Below, piece after piece: positions 12,309-24,939 of a DNA stretch of 64,000 nt (its first letter is position 1; each line of letters opens with the position of its first letter). Source of the stretch: Chrysomallon squamiferum (lineage: Eukaryota > Animalia > Mollusca). Made by a program: the position numbers and the translations under genes. Location of the stretch: the NCBI GenBank assembly GCA_012295275.1, contig CM022670.1, positions 33,914,001 through 33,978,000 of the forward strand. Direction: 5' to 3'. Below the pieces are notes generated by a model that saw only the letters and a program-made list of their open reading frames with translations, was not told where the DNA came from and ran no database searches.

Positions 12309-12357
12309 TTTCTTGAACCCCAGATACATTACTCTTTTCACTTAGTTCTGACTCCAT
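12309..12357 (-). CDS. Copy C first coding exon F: MESELSEKSNVSGVQE
   Basis: ATG at 12357-12355, A|GTAAGT donor; upstream acceptor (cattgcAG at ~12470) implies a spliced 5' UTR. Confidence 0.65.
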
Positions 12358-14322
12358 GTAGTATGTGTCTTTAGTTAGTTTAAATATTTTTCCTCTTGAA
12401 AATAAACAGTTCATTTAAATGTGTTAAAGACAATTTTCTGACTTGCCAGTTTTGCCAATGATATGTTTTCTGCAATGTAGAAATAAAGAAATAACACATT
12501 TCACCTAATGTCATCCATTTTGTTTAAACATACTATTTATAATCATACCTTAAATTATCTATTTACATTCAGTCGGTTTTGGATAATTCTTAATCTCTAT
12601 CAATTGAACTTACTGTTAAGTTATATATTTTCATTTCTATTTCAATTTATTTATTTTTGTTTTTGTTGCTGCTGTTTTCTAAAGTCTGGAAATTTGTTAA
12701 CAATCAAAATTTGTTAACATTCATATTTTGTACAAAATGTTATCTCCATTCACTGATTTTATTCACAACATTAACATTTATTTATTAATATCTGAAATAA
12801 TTTAGTAAATTATTCATAATTATTTATGTTTCCAGCATAAGTTTGAGTTTATCTTTGCACCAGTAAATACAGTAATATATAAGAATGAGATAGGCATAGC
12901 TCCAAATATTTTGCAACAATAATTAAAGTTATGAAAAATTCTTTGAATGTCACTGAATGTTCTCTAGTTTATTTGCTTTTGTTTAATTTGTTTTAAAATA
13001 TTTATTGTTTGTTTAAACATTTTATATTTAATTATTGCTGCTGTGTTACAGGATTTAATGGCAATAAAGTATCTGCATGAATGAACTTAATATGTCTTAT
13101 GAGAAATTTTTACTAAGGCTGGGTGATATTTTAACTTTATGACTAAATATCTCCATTATGGGTATAAATAATGTTGTAACATCAATACTAAAATGAATAC
13201 GGAAATTAGATAAATAGATCGAGTACATCGGTTATTTGCTTGTTTTTTTTACTGAAAAGTTTATTTAAAACAGACTTAGCTCACTTTGGCTTGTCAGATA
13301 AACCAATTTTTCCACATCTTTTTTCCATAGGAAAGAATATAAAATTTTTAAGTATTTTTAATGGTTTTTCTAGTTTCGATATCAATGTTATTTTTGGAAA
13401 CGAACATGACGGAAAAGAACGAATAAAATAGTTGGACTGGTTATCGGAGATTGTGATTTATATTTAACATTTTGTGGGGATACCAGTCAAATAAATAATT
13501 CCGGAAAACATAATTTTCATATTCGGAGGTTTTCGCAGAAACTGTTAATGGTTTTTAGTTTTCTTTAGCTTTTGTGATTTCACAAATAACGTAAAAAATT
13601 AGAAGTAAAAAAACACAAGAAAAAAGGAAAGATAATACATCTTATATAACATGATGCTTTATTTATATTCCTGTGTTAAATGTAATGTCCTTTCATATTC
13701 TGATCACATAATTAAATAATTGTTTAATCTAAATTAGTGTTTCAATATGAATAAATTGTTTTGTTTTTACTTATTTTTATTTTTAATGTTTATTAAAACA
13801 AAACGGTAACAAAACTACAACTGATTAAATTCTTGACAAACTTAGGATACTCAGCAGCAAGAAATGTTTCTAGTGCACCTTCTCATAAACTTAAAAGGTG
13901 TTATGATTTTTATAAATTAGTTCTGAGGTAGTGATTATAACCAGAAGTAACCAATAGGGTAATAGCTTTAGGTTAAGAGGTAAAGAAATAAATCATTGCT
14001 GATTAATGGACTTAATGAATAAATTAATATGAAAATGAACATTTCCTAGTAAACCTTAGTTAAAATTAAGGAATTATAAACCCATTTAAGACCATTATAA
14101 TGTCGAATGAAATTTGTCAATTTGAAGAATTCACAGAGATTACATCCAGATTACAAAAAGATCTGGAACAATTGTAGAGAGATAATGTGAAACACTGAGC
14201 AAAGATTTACATTTTTAAAATTATTTTTCTTTTCTAATTTTATTTTCAAACAAAGTTGAAAACAACAAAAACAAACAAAACAACTACGAATAAGTAAAAC
14301 ATATTTATTAATCAAATGATAC

Positions 14323-14353
<31 letters not shown>

Positions 14354-17300
14354 AAAAGAAAATCAAAAAACAAATAAACCACCTCACAAACAATAAGATA
14401 TCACAACCACTATAGAAAAACAAGACAGGTTCAGCTATCAATACAATTACATAAATAAAATGTGAGTTTAAAGACAAAAATTGTGTTTTCCTTGCAGAAA
14501 CAACTTGGTGGTCTTCTTATGTTTATCTGGTTCAATTCTTGCAATTGTGGATTCAGTTGCTAATAAAACAAAATCAAAATAAAATCTACATTGTCCTTTT
14601 TTGGCCTAAAATGCAAATTTCCCACTGAACTTTTACAAATACAATTATAACTTATTAATATATGTCCTTCATTATATTCTCTCTATTTTTTTTAATATAA
14701 TGTTATTTTCACTTGACTAAACAATATGCAATCAAATGATAGTATTTCTGAGCTTAAATTTTGTTAAAGGGTAGAAAAAACCCAACAACAATAAATATTA
14801 ATAAAAAAAATAAAAAATAATAGAAATAGAAATAAAAAAATAAAAATAAGCCATCGCATAAAAGAAAATGTGGTCCTTAAACGGTGTTGGTCTTTCCTAA
14901 TGTGTATATGATGAAAACAAACAAAAACCTGAGATTACAATTCCAGCACAAATATTCTTAGAACAGTAAGGAATAGGGAAAATAAATGAAAAAAATTAAT
15001 CTGCCTCTTTATTGAGCTGTTGTATGCATTAAAGACTATAAAAAAATATTCATTCTCAAATTAGATAGTTTTATATTTAAAGTGCCAAATAGGTTTTTTA
15101 AGCAATAAAAGACTGTTGATTTGACAATGTTTTAATTTTCTTATTTGTTTAAAAATTTAATTTTAAGCAAAACATTTGTAAATACTGCACAAATGACAAC
15201 TATACGAAACAAGTACGTAAAAGAAAAAGAGAGAGGGAGAATAAATATGAATAAAAACTAAAACTAAAACAATGTACCTCTAATTCATTAATTATTTATG
15301 CTCTTTGAAATATTATGCTGAACATTTGTGTAACAATTAATAATAATAAATGTCATTAATAAACTCTGCCCTTTCCAAAAATAAAGAAAATGTTCTCATA
15401 ACTAGGCTATAAGTAGTTTGAGCTTATTAATATAATAAATTACTTTTTTGTTCATTTTTAAAGTTACTTTTCTAAACAGTTAAAAACTTATACAGCTTAT
15501 CAAACTGTGACAATACTTCTAAAGTCAAAACTGCTTTATTGTTTATAGTAATAATTGTAATAATAATAAACAAAATTGCTATTTTACTTTTTTTTTTTTT
15601 TTAAAATTATTTTTGTATTTAGAATTTTTTTTTTTTTTAAATCCTCCAAAGACTAGGCACTTTTACAATGATTTATTCACTTTACAAATAAAACATGAGA
15701 AAAAACGTGTTTCTTACTGTCATACTTATCAGCAAAGATTACCAAAATAAACTATACACAATCGCATGTTGTGGCTATTATTCTATATCACAGGTGTACA
15801 TTTCAAATGTTTATGGATGTAAACAGAGGTAGCAAAACAATTAATATCTGATCACTGAAAGAAAAATATAATTACAGAAATGATATTTAATCATCTAAAG
15901 CAGGAATGGGGAAAGATAATAAATGCAATGTCTGGTTAAATAAATAAAAATGGAGTAAAATATTCATAACATCTGTTGGCATTAACATATAAATTATAAA
16001 TATTCAAAATAAATTTTAGAAAAGCAACATCTGCTACCAAAACAAGACACTGGTAATAATTTAATAAAAACAAACTTTTTTTAATATAAAAATTCACAAA
16101 AATCGCAAAGTTGTCATTCCCTATACAGAACAGAAGTATTTTGTACATCTCTGAAAGAATTGTATATCAGATAGTGGTAACTGCAGCAGCAAATATAGGT
16201 AATGTTAAAGAATAAAAATTGATAAAAAATACAATACACTAATTTTTTAATATAAGTTGAGAGCAAGTGGATTAGAACTATTATTTCAAACTGTACTATT
16301 TTACATCCATTTTAATTATATTGTAATAAGACAAATCTGTTTATACAATTATGATCTTGATATACAGTGGAATATATAGTGTGACCTCTGATATTAATTT
16401 ATTTTACAGAACGTTTCACCATTTATTTGAGCAGACTTGTAAGCTTTATATATTTTTTATACCATTGTAAATACCAATTCAAGACTATTGTACATACATT
16501 TTTGTTCTAGTGCCAACAACAGTTATGATACAAATAATGAAAATTTATGTTTATTAAACACAAAACTGAAAAACGACTTGCTGGAAACATACAAGAGAAG
16601 GGATTCTCATTCCACAGCAGTATAAATGGATTAAGTTTAGGTATGTTAAACATGTGGAATAAGCTGAGTAACATAAGACAAGTTTTTAAACACAAATTCT
16701 CCAAATATAACTGACATATTTCAAAGTTTTGGTTTTGTTTTTGGTACCAATCTTTGCTATTAAAACATACAATAATAAAAATTAGTATTTAGCAAACATC
16801 TATTTTACAAATGTATATATTATGCACAAAATATACAAAATGTACTTACACTCTTTATCTATAAAATGTACAGTTTAACAAATATTAATTCTTGGATAGA
16901 CATTTGTATTAGTCAAAATTTAGTGTAATGAGAATGACAATGAAAATAAAGTAAATAAGTCTTCTAAAATAAAATGATTTGATAATCTCATTATTGACAA
17001 TACATTAATTCTTTAAAACATTTTAAATTTATTACAAAGTCTGACAATATACATATAATAGAGAAAACTGCATTTTGTAAACGATATACAAACCAAAAAA
17101 TAAAAATAAAACAAATAAAAAATTATATACTCTTAAAAATGAAATCTGATATTATTTCAATGTTCAGTACTAGTAAGAAAACACACACACACACACAAAT
17201 AAACAAAACAAGCATGCTGCTATATATTAGTCATTTAAAAATAATTTAATGGGACTGACAACTTATTTTATTTGGGGAGACATCAAAGTATAATACCTTA

Positions 17301-19354
17301 CTATTGATGGTTCTTGCTGGTTATCACTTACATATATAATCCATGTCTGCTATAACTACACTACCGCTACATATCTGCCTTTTATATAATTATTGCAAAC
17401 AATCTTTTCTTATACTAATTTTGGAATCTGCATTGTAGTAACATAATGCACCTACAGTGAAAAACATTGCAAAATGTTGTGTGGAGGTACTGAAATTGCT
17501 GTGACAAAAACAAACAACAACAAAAATAAGAATAATAATGATCTCCAGAAGACTGATATCATGAAACAACCCCGACTGAACATTTGGACATCATTAGACT
17601 GGTTATTTTCCCCCTTTCAGCTCCTGTAAGTTAATGAACTTCTAATATATGTAAAAGTCCCTCCCCTCCCTGTAAGAAAAAACAAACCAAAAAAACCCCC
17701 ACCTCTGAACACAAAACACCAAAACTGATTTCTAAAATAAGTTTTCATTTTACTATTGTCAGAAAAACCCCAAAAGATATATAAAATCAGAATGTTAAGT
17801 ACAATAATTTTTGGTGTTGTTTACTTTCTACTTCTTGATAATATATTATTCTGAACACGGTCTTTATGGCTACAAATTGCAGCCATCTGACTAGTTATTA
17901 TTATGAATAATTGCAACAGTGTGTTTGTGTCTTCATCATTAGAAATAGCATTGCACAAATAAAAGCAACAAGTAAGAGTGTCATTGCACTGTGATGGGTT
18001 AGATGAATATTCAGCAAATGCATGATGAAAATTAAATATTTGATTAAGTCAGATATCAATTTATAGTTATTAAGTTTGGAGAAATTAAGATAATTTCTTA
18101 ATGATAATAAATCATGACATAATTATATCTATTTAAAATAGTATGCAACTTTATCATAATAATCATTTACACAGATCTAATGGCTAGCTGAACAAGTGTT
18201 AGGGAAAGCATGCTTCCTTGTTAAAAAATTCAAATATAACACTTTCAGATCACTGACAACATGTAAATATTTTCTGATATTTAAAAATACCAAGTGGAAA
18301 TGTAAAAAGTTCTATTATAAAAATGTGACAGTATTGTTTTCTGTGTTGAGAAAACAAGTGAAATAATTAATCTTGTATCAAGAAGCAATTTGACATAAAA
18401 TGAAGTGAAAATTTAACAATCGTGGAATAAGCTCATATTTAAGGTAATAAATATGATCACATGAATGGAATATAAACGAGGAAGAAATTCACTTAAGAAC
18501 ATTGTAAATAATATTATACAATGTCACATGGTGATAATCTAATAATAATATTAACCATAATTTTCTGTCCTACAAATAATCTATTTAAACATTTAACATA
18601 AATAATAATAATAATCTATTTCAAAAACACAAAAATTAATAAAGTCAAGGGAAAAAAAACACACAAGTAAAATAAATTTCCAAACTAGAAAATAATAACC
18701 TAATACGTTTGTTCTAATGTAGTGCTTGGATATTAAATAAAGTCATATAGAGAACATACTTTCATTTGATTAAAGCTATTAATATCTTAAATTACAAAAA
18801 CAAATAAAAAAATCAACAAATAAAAATCAAAAGAGGATGAAAAATTGAAGATTAAGGCATAGACTGTGATAAAAACAAATTATCATTTTGTGATTTTCTG
18901 CAATCTAGAACTTCTGGGATAGAAAAAGGTGAGCTATGTAACTGGGTGGATAACAACATGGTGTAATTTTATAGGCACAGTGTGAAGTATTTATCTATTT
19001 TATTATACTTTATTAACAGAAATACATCTATACCTAATTTTATTTATTAAATGCAAATGGCAAATTATTTTTTACAGCTGATATAAAAACTCAGTCTATA
19101 GGATATCTGAAAACTATTAAAACTGATCAGAATATTTTAACGAACTGGTTAATGGAACATGTGGAATAATTTTATATGTGCCTCTGAAGTTGAATGGATT
19201 TGATGACATTTTAAAATAAATTTTAGACAAAAATGTCTGACTTCAACAAAACAAAATCAAAATACTCTATGAATAAAAAGACAAAAACAACATCAGATAA
19301 GTATTCCTAAGAAGCCAAAAATCTTTATAAAAAAAAGAAAAAGTGAAATAAGAC

Positions 19355-20362
19355 TTAACTACTTTTTGATTCTTTAGCAATCTTCATTTTGGCAAATTCT
19401 CTGAATACAACAGTACTCAAAATATTGCAAAAAATAACAAAAAATATAGCACCAAATGTGTTATAAAAAGTTGGCATTGGGTGAATTTTAATGACGGGAT
19501 CATTTCTTAGATTTTTCAGATCATGATAGACAGCATCCAGCTGTTTGTATGAAGTCATCATAATGCAGATGTGAAACAGCTGGTGACTGTGTCCAAGGAA
19601 ATCAAATTTTCCGGGAAAGAATCTTTGTGGGATGTCACTTCCAAAAAAGAAACCTCCAGTGAAGAACCACATCATCTGCTGGATGTGATGTCCCATTCCT
19701 GAGTCCCAGGGTTCTTGTTCAGTGAGGTAGAGATGGACACGATGCCATACTGGGAGAATCAGCCAGAGATATATTGCACAGACAGATATCAACTGCCAGA
19801 GGCGGCGAGTGTATGGATACGGCCTACTGTAGAAGATCTTTGAAACAGAGCAGCAAATACACACGAAAATGGCAAGAACTATTCCAACTGGGAGGTAATA
19901 AGTGTGCATGAAGCTTTTGATCATAGTTGGATGGATGCAATAGGCATGGTGTATAATGACACTGCCTAAGCCATACAGACCAATGCCAGCATAGTCTAGC
20001 ATGAAACAGGTGTAATGAACCAGTTCAGACTTGTTCTGAAAACAGTGAGCAAAACTGCTACACATGTACAAAACAATCATAGAAAGCAGACAGGCTGTAA
20101 AGGGCCACATGAAGTTATCATAAATCAGATCAAACTCCTGGGAAAATATAGCTATCCGACCAATGGTCATAAACAGAGCTATAATATGAGTCCAGGAGTT
20201 CATGCATTCATTGTGAATTTGAAACAAACTAAAAAAATAATAGCTCCATGGCTGATGCAGATGTCGAAAACCAGTTTCTACATGTGGTTCATGAAAAAGC
20301 TTAGGGACTTCCTCCTTTGTAGCTGTTGGCACAAGAGTTTCTGTAATTTTCTGTAGTGGCAT
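19355..20362 (-). CDS. PAQR-family membrane progestin receptor alpha/beta-like protein (PAQR7/8-like), 335 aa, intronless CDS
   Basis: PAQR/HlyIII motifs EPHVETGFR, HNECMNSWTH, SSFAH, DYAGI and PGKFDFLGHSHQLFH; about seven hydrophobic segments; acceptor ttgcAG at 20389-20390 just 5' of the ATG. Confidence 0.93.
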   Translation of the reverse strand: MPLQKITETLVPTATKEEVPKLFHEPHVETGFRHLHQPWSYYFFSLFQIHNECMNSWTHIIALFMTIGRIAIFSQEFDLIYDNFMWPFTACLLSMIVLYMCSSFAHCFQNKSELVHYTCFMLDYAGIGLYGLGSVIIHHAYCIHPTMIKSFMHTYYLPVGIVLAIFVCICCSVSKIFYSRPYPYTRRLWQLISVCAIYLWLILPVWHRVHLYLTEQEPWDSGMGHHIQQMMWFFTGGFFFGSDIPQRFFPGKFDFLGHSHQLFHICIMMTSYKQLDAVYHDLKNLRNDPVIKIHPMPTFYNTFGAIFFVIFCNILSTVVFREFAKMKIAKESKSS

Positions 20363-21309
20363 TTCTCAGATGTGGCTTTTAAAACTTTCTGCAATAATAA
20401 ATATAATCAAATGTAAAACATTTCTTTAAAATCTTAAATTTCTGAAAGTGTAACCTTGTGATAAAAAGCAGAAGTAAAATACATTTTTCAGTAGTTGTGA
20501 AAGTATTACATAAATGGTAGACAAATTTCTCTAATAGTACTAGATTTTGTCAGAAATAAATTTAAATTTCTTCAAAGGTGATGTTTAAAAGCTATTAAGC
20601 CTACTGATAATTAATATGAACTATGAAATCTTATTTTCAGTATTTGTGCTTATACAACATTTGAAATGCAAAATAAGAAACAAATGTTTACTAACACACA
20701 CACACACAAAACAGAAAAGCTGGATATTTACAGTCTGATTTAGTTATTAAATATTAGATTACATTAGTGAATTTTGTTGAATTCAAGGAACAAAAAATCA
20801 GGTCTCATTTCAAAATACATTACAAATGTCTGACTAGGAAAATAAAGTTTGTTACAGAATGAATTAATAATAAAAATGGTAACCAATAACTATAGGATGG
20901 GGGGGAAACAGATTTATCACTTTATTTATTTATTGTTATTTGCATTTTTTATTTTTACATCTATCATAATCAATCCATTTTGCTCTTAGAATCACTGAAA
21001 CACTTCAAGAGAGTTTGTCTCGTAGTTATTCCTAATAATAGTAATATCATAAATACGATGACATTTCTTAACCTTGATTTATACAGCACCAAAATTCCGA
21101 AATAACAACTGGAAATTAAATAAATAATAATAATAATGTGCATCGCATAACATCGGCTCAATATTCAGTTATAATGAAATTTGAGTCGTTATAATTTTGT
21201 TCAGATTTAAAAGTTGAAATTGAAAAATGATAATGATACCTACGCAATTCCATTGTCATTATTAACTGCTAGTTGCAAAATCGAGAAACATCAACTACAA
21301 ACAACTTAC

Positions 21310-21450
21310 TCTCTTGACTACATCAGCTTCATGTTCTCAACCAAAATAATTTTAAAGATATTCCATCTCCAGCTATCTCTTTACAAACATCTTTCATCAG
21401 CCCGACATTTAACCAGTCTCGATAGGTCACAGAAACAACTTAGTTAGACA
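21310..21450 (-). other. Putative non-coding first exon of the PAQR gene
   Basis: GA|GTAAGT donor on minus strand at 21310/21309 that could pair with the acceptor at 20389; 5' end approximate. Confidence 0.5.
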
Positions 21451-21600
21451 ATCGAGATAAAGGTTGTTCGCTAGGGGGCACTGTCAACAGGTGTTCTCAA
21501 TGGTCGGATGTATTCGTTAATATTATTAACCTGTACGAAAGTATCCGACGATTTCCGAAAAATGTTACACCAACAAATGGAAGCCATCTTGCTGAGAAAG
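21450..21600. promoter_or_regulatory. Putative bidirectional promoter (PAQR / FAK) with CTCF-like and YY1-like sites
   Basis: Local CpG enrichment; TTCGCTAGGGGGCACTG at 21467-21483 (CTCF-core-like); GCCATCTTG at 21583-21591 (YY1-like); divergent consensus donors at 21309(-) and 21718(+). Confidence 0.6.
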
Positions 21601-21717
21601 TTTGAGGAAGTAATAACTTTTTAAGCCAGACGTAGTAAAAGAGTAAACATAAGTGGCTTTATTTTTTCTAATTCATCAGCTGTTGTCGTGATTTGGGACA
21701 CATGCTCAAAATTAAAG
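21540..21717 (+). other. PTK2: Putative non-coding first exon of FAK
   Basis: Perfect AAG|GTAAGT donor at 21717/21718; FAK is the only plus-strand gene recognised downstream; 5' end approximate. Confidence 0.55.
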
Positions 21718-23604
21718 GTAAGTCAGATCGATACATATACATTTGTTATGTATTTATTCATTTTATTTTATTTTATTTTAAAGTTCCAAATTAATTGTAG
21801 GTGCCACCGTGTTGTGTCAGATCTGCTTTATATAGATACGAGTAATATACCACAGATGTGACATACGTCACAAACGTGACATAGTGAATACGTATATACT
21901 TATAAGTTATAATACTATTATACTCATAATACTGTCATTAAAAATAACTGAATCAGCTGTTAACATTAATATCACATTATCAGATAAACCGAACTGATAT
22001 AATGATTAAGCTAAATTTATCACATTCATGATTGAACACACTGAATGACTGATGCTGTCTGAAATATAATTAACAAACAGTATGAACAAAAATCGTGTTT
22101 TCCAAACAAATTATAAAAAAGTAATAATTTTTAAATTTTTAAAATTTATAGCCCTGTGTTATAATGTCTGCAACCATAAGATTTGCATTCCGTTTAAATG
22201 CAGAATAGGTTTAACATACAAATTGCATTGATAGTTTACAATAATTCATGGTATTCTATAAAGTTTATGAACTGGTGTGAGATACCCATCATACGTGATT
22301 GCATACTTTGACTGAATGGGATTCATTTTTAATTATTTATTGCATCCTTGTTGTTTTTAGTAAGCAGAAAAATTACTGGTACTATTTTGACTTAAGATGA
22401 ACTAAAATCCTAAATAACACCTTATGATTACATAGGAGATAACTACAGAGTTTGTGAAATGATGTTTACTGTTGATGAACTCTGTATAACTGTTCACAAG
22501 ACTGGAAAACATTAGTTTGGAAACAGGAGCATTTATATTATGACCCAGGGAAAATTTGACTTGTAACCCATTTACTAAGTCATATGAGAATACAAGTTAA
22601 GATTATTTTTTTCTCACACAAAATTAGCTTGAAAAAATAAAAAATAAAAAATAACATGAGAGAGGCAGCAGTGTATAGCTTGGTCCACAATTTGTAAAAC
22701 TGTTTATCTGAAATAAAACAAAAAGAAAACCAAACCCAAACCAAAAAGAAAACCAAACCCAAACCAAAAATCATATAATGCTTAGCAGTAGTATTTTGCA
22801 ACAAACTAGTGCAACCACTTTAAAACAGCTCTGTTAAATTTTTTCATTTTACTAAGAAGACAAATTATTTCTCAGGTTCTGCATTTGTAAAAGTTAATCA
22901 AATTCCAGTTAGGAGAGAGAGAAAGAAAAACAAATTAAGATAAAAATAACCATAATCTGTATAATGTACATGCATACTACTTTTCATAGTCATTACTTTA
23001 TATCACATAAAAACAAAACTTACGTTTTTGCAGTTATGCAAGACTTATCTTCTTAATCTGATAAAATGAGTGTTCTGTATTGTATTTGTGTTTTATTATA
23101 TTTTATATCAAAGTGATTGATTAATACGCTGACATACTTTATTATTCTACATTTTTAATTAATGTCTATCTTATGTGTGTATATGACTACAAATTTTATG
23201 TCTGAATTGCACACTATGAATATTTAATCTGATTTGTATAATGTATCACCTAGGTTACAGTTATCACTGGTTAAGTGCGTTAATTTTTAATAATATTGGT
23301 ACATTTGGATTATATTATATGTGTATCTATCTATATGTAGATACAGATACACACACACACAATGTACATTTATACAGACCCACAGAGTTTCCTTTGAAAA
23401 TTAATATTGTTTGCATGTTATCAATAGTCATTTCATGTTTTACAAACCACAGCTGTAATCCTTTACCATTATCTGATAAAACAAGACTCCAGTCATTGAC
23501 TTCATGTTGATATTAAAACAGGTATATGGTCAAACATCTTGATCTGATAACATGAAGCAGGTCTGTTCATTTGAGAAAACAGCATCTTACCTTTACCTGC
23601 AGCA

Positions 23605-23618
23605 GTAACTATGGTAAC
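23605..23618. promoter_or_regulatory. RFX X-box-like palindrome
   Basis: GTAACTATGGTAAC versus consensus GTTRCCATGGYAAC; motif match only. Confidence 0.35.
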
Positions 23619-24908
23619 ATGATAGTCCTTATGTGATAAAAGGCAAGTTTCTGCCAGTTGTAACTTACTAGATTATGAGTAGAAAGAACTAATGTTTTCT
23701 TGTATCTTCTCAGCATTCAAGCAACTCTTGTGGCTATCACAGACTTTGATGTAATCTAGTGCTGCTGGGCTCCTGATTGATTGTCTTTACGTGGAAACTT
23801 AATCAGTGGCAGAATTTACTGTTTAATTACGTAGAACAGTGTTACTTATTTATTCATTTCCTTTTCTTTTTTTTTCTATTTCTTAATGAAGCAGTCTTTT
23901 CTTTTCTTTTTTTTTCATTTTGTTTTGGTAAAAACGTATATAACAGTGTATAAAAAAGATTAATAATAATTAATTGTTATCAGCATAAATTTTTGTTATT
24001 TTTTAATGGTACTTTGTAATAGGGATATAAATATTTGCCAACTGTATGATATTAATATTATATACAATTTGCAATTTTAAAATTAGTTTAAAATCAAATA
24101 TTTCCTTAAGAAACAATATGATTAATTTTAAAAAAAGAAAAGAAAAATCTGAAGGAAATGAAGAAATAAAAACAAACATAAAAGAGTTTAATAATAGGTC
24201 TAGGTGTCAGTTTTCTGAATTTTTAATCATTTTATATAAAATAGTCACAACAAAATTGTTTGTTTATTTTTTTAATTTTTTAATTTTTAATTTTTAATTT
24301 AATTTTTTTTTTTTCTGTACTTAAACAACAACAAAAAACATTCCCCAGTATTTTCAGTTTGGTTTTTATTACCTGTTACTACTGGATAATATATTTAAAG
24401 ACAAAGAAAGTAAATCTCATTGCTATTTTTAAAATAAAATTTGCCATTATTAAAATAGTGATAATTTAAAAAAAATCTGAATATGTGCTATAGTTAGTTA
24501 GGCTTCAAAGAAAGACAATTTAACATAATTTATAGTTGGTTATTATCCAGTAAGATGTGGATTTTTTAATTTTCTGTTAAAGAATATGCACAGACACAAA
24601 TAACCTTTAAAAAAAAAAATTAAAAAAATTAAAGAGAAGTGGCTAAATAATAATAATAAGAAGAAATTGATAACAGTCCCCCTTCCCCCAAAAACAATAT
24701 TTTCTTTATTACCAATTCACTGTTTATTTTCGATTATTTCAGATTTTAAAAGTTAAAAAAAAAAAAAAAATGTTTTTTTTGTATAGAAAGTATGCAGTTA
24801 ATAAATGTATAATATATTACTGGTTAATTTGTTTTCATATATAAGTGTTAAAGTTTGTTTGTTATTATCATTTTTAAAATGGTTGAGAGTAAGCCAGTTT
24901 TTTATCAT

Positions 24909-24939
<31 letters not shown>

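Larger units (their letters stand above)
8586..15045 (-). repeat. Tandem duplicate copy C (most complete unit, ~6.5 kb)
   Basis: Contains all segments seen in copies A and B plus exons C and D; boundaries approximate. Confidence 0.8.

Noticed and set aside
13499-13506. TTCCGGAA as a STAT/GAS site
   Set aside because: Spacer is 2 nt rather than the canonical 3, and the segment is absent from copy A
20015-20356. 113-aa plus-strand ORF
   Set aside because: Antisense shadow of the PAQR CDS
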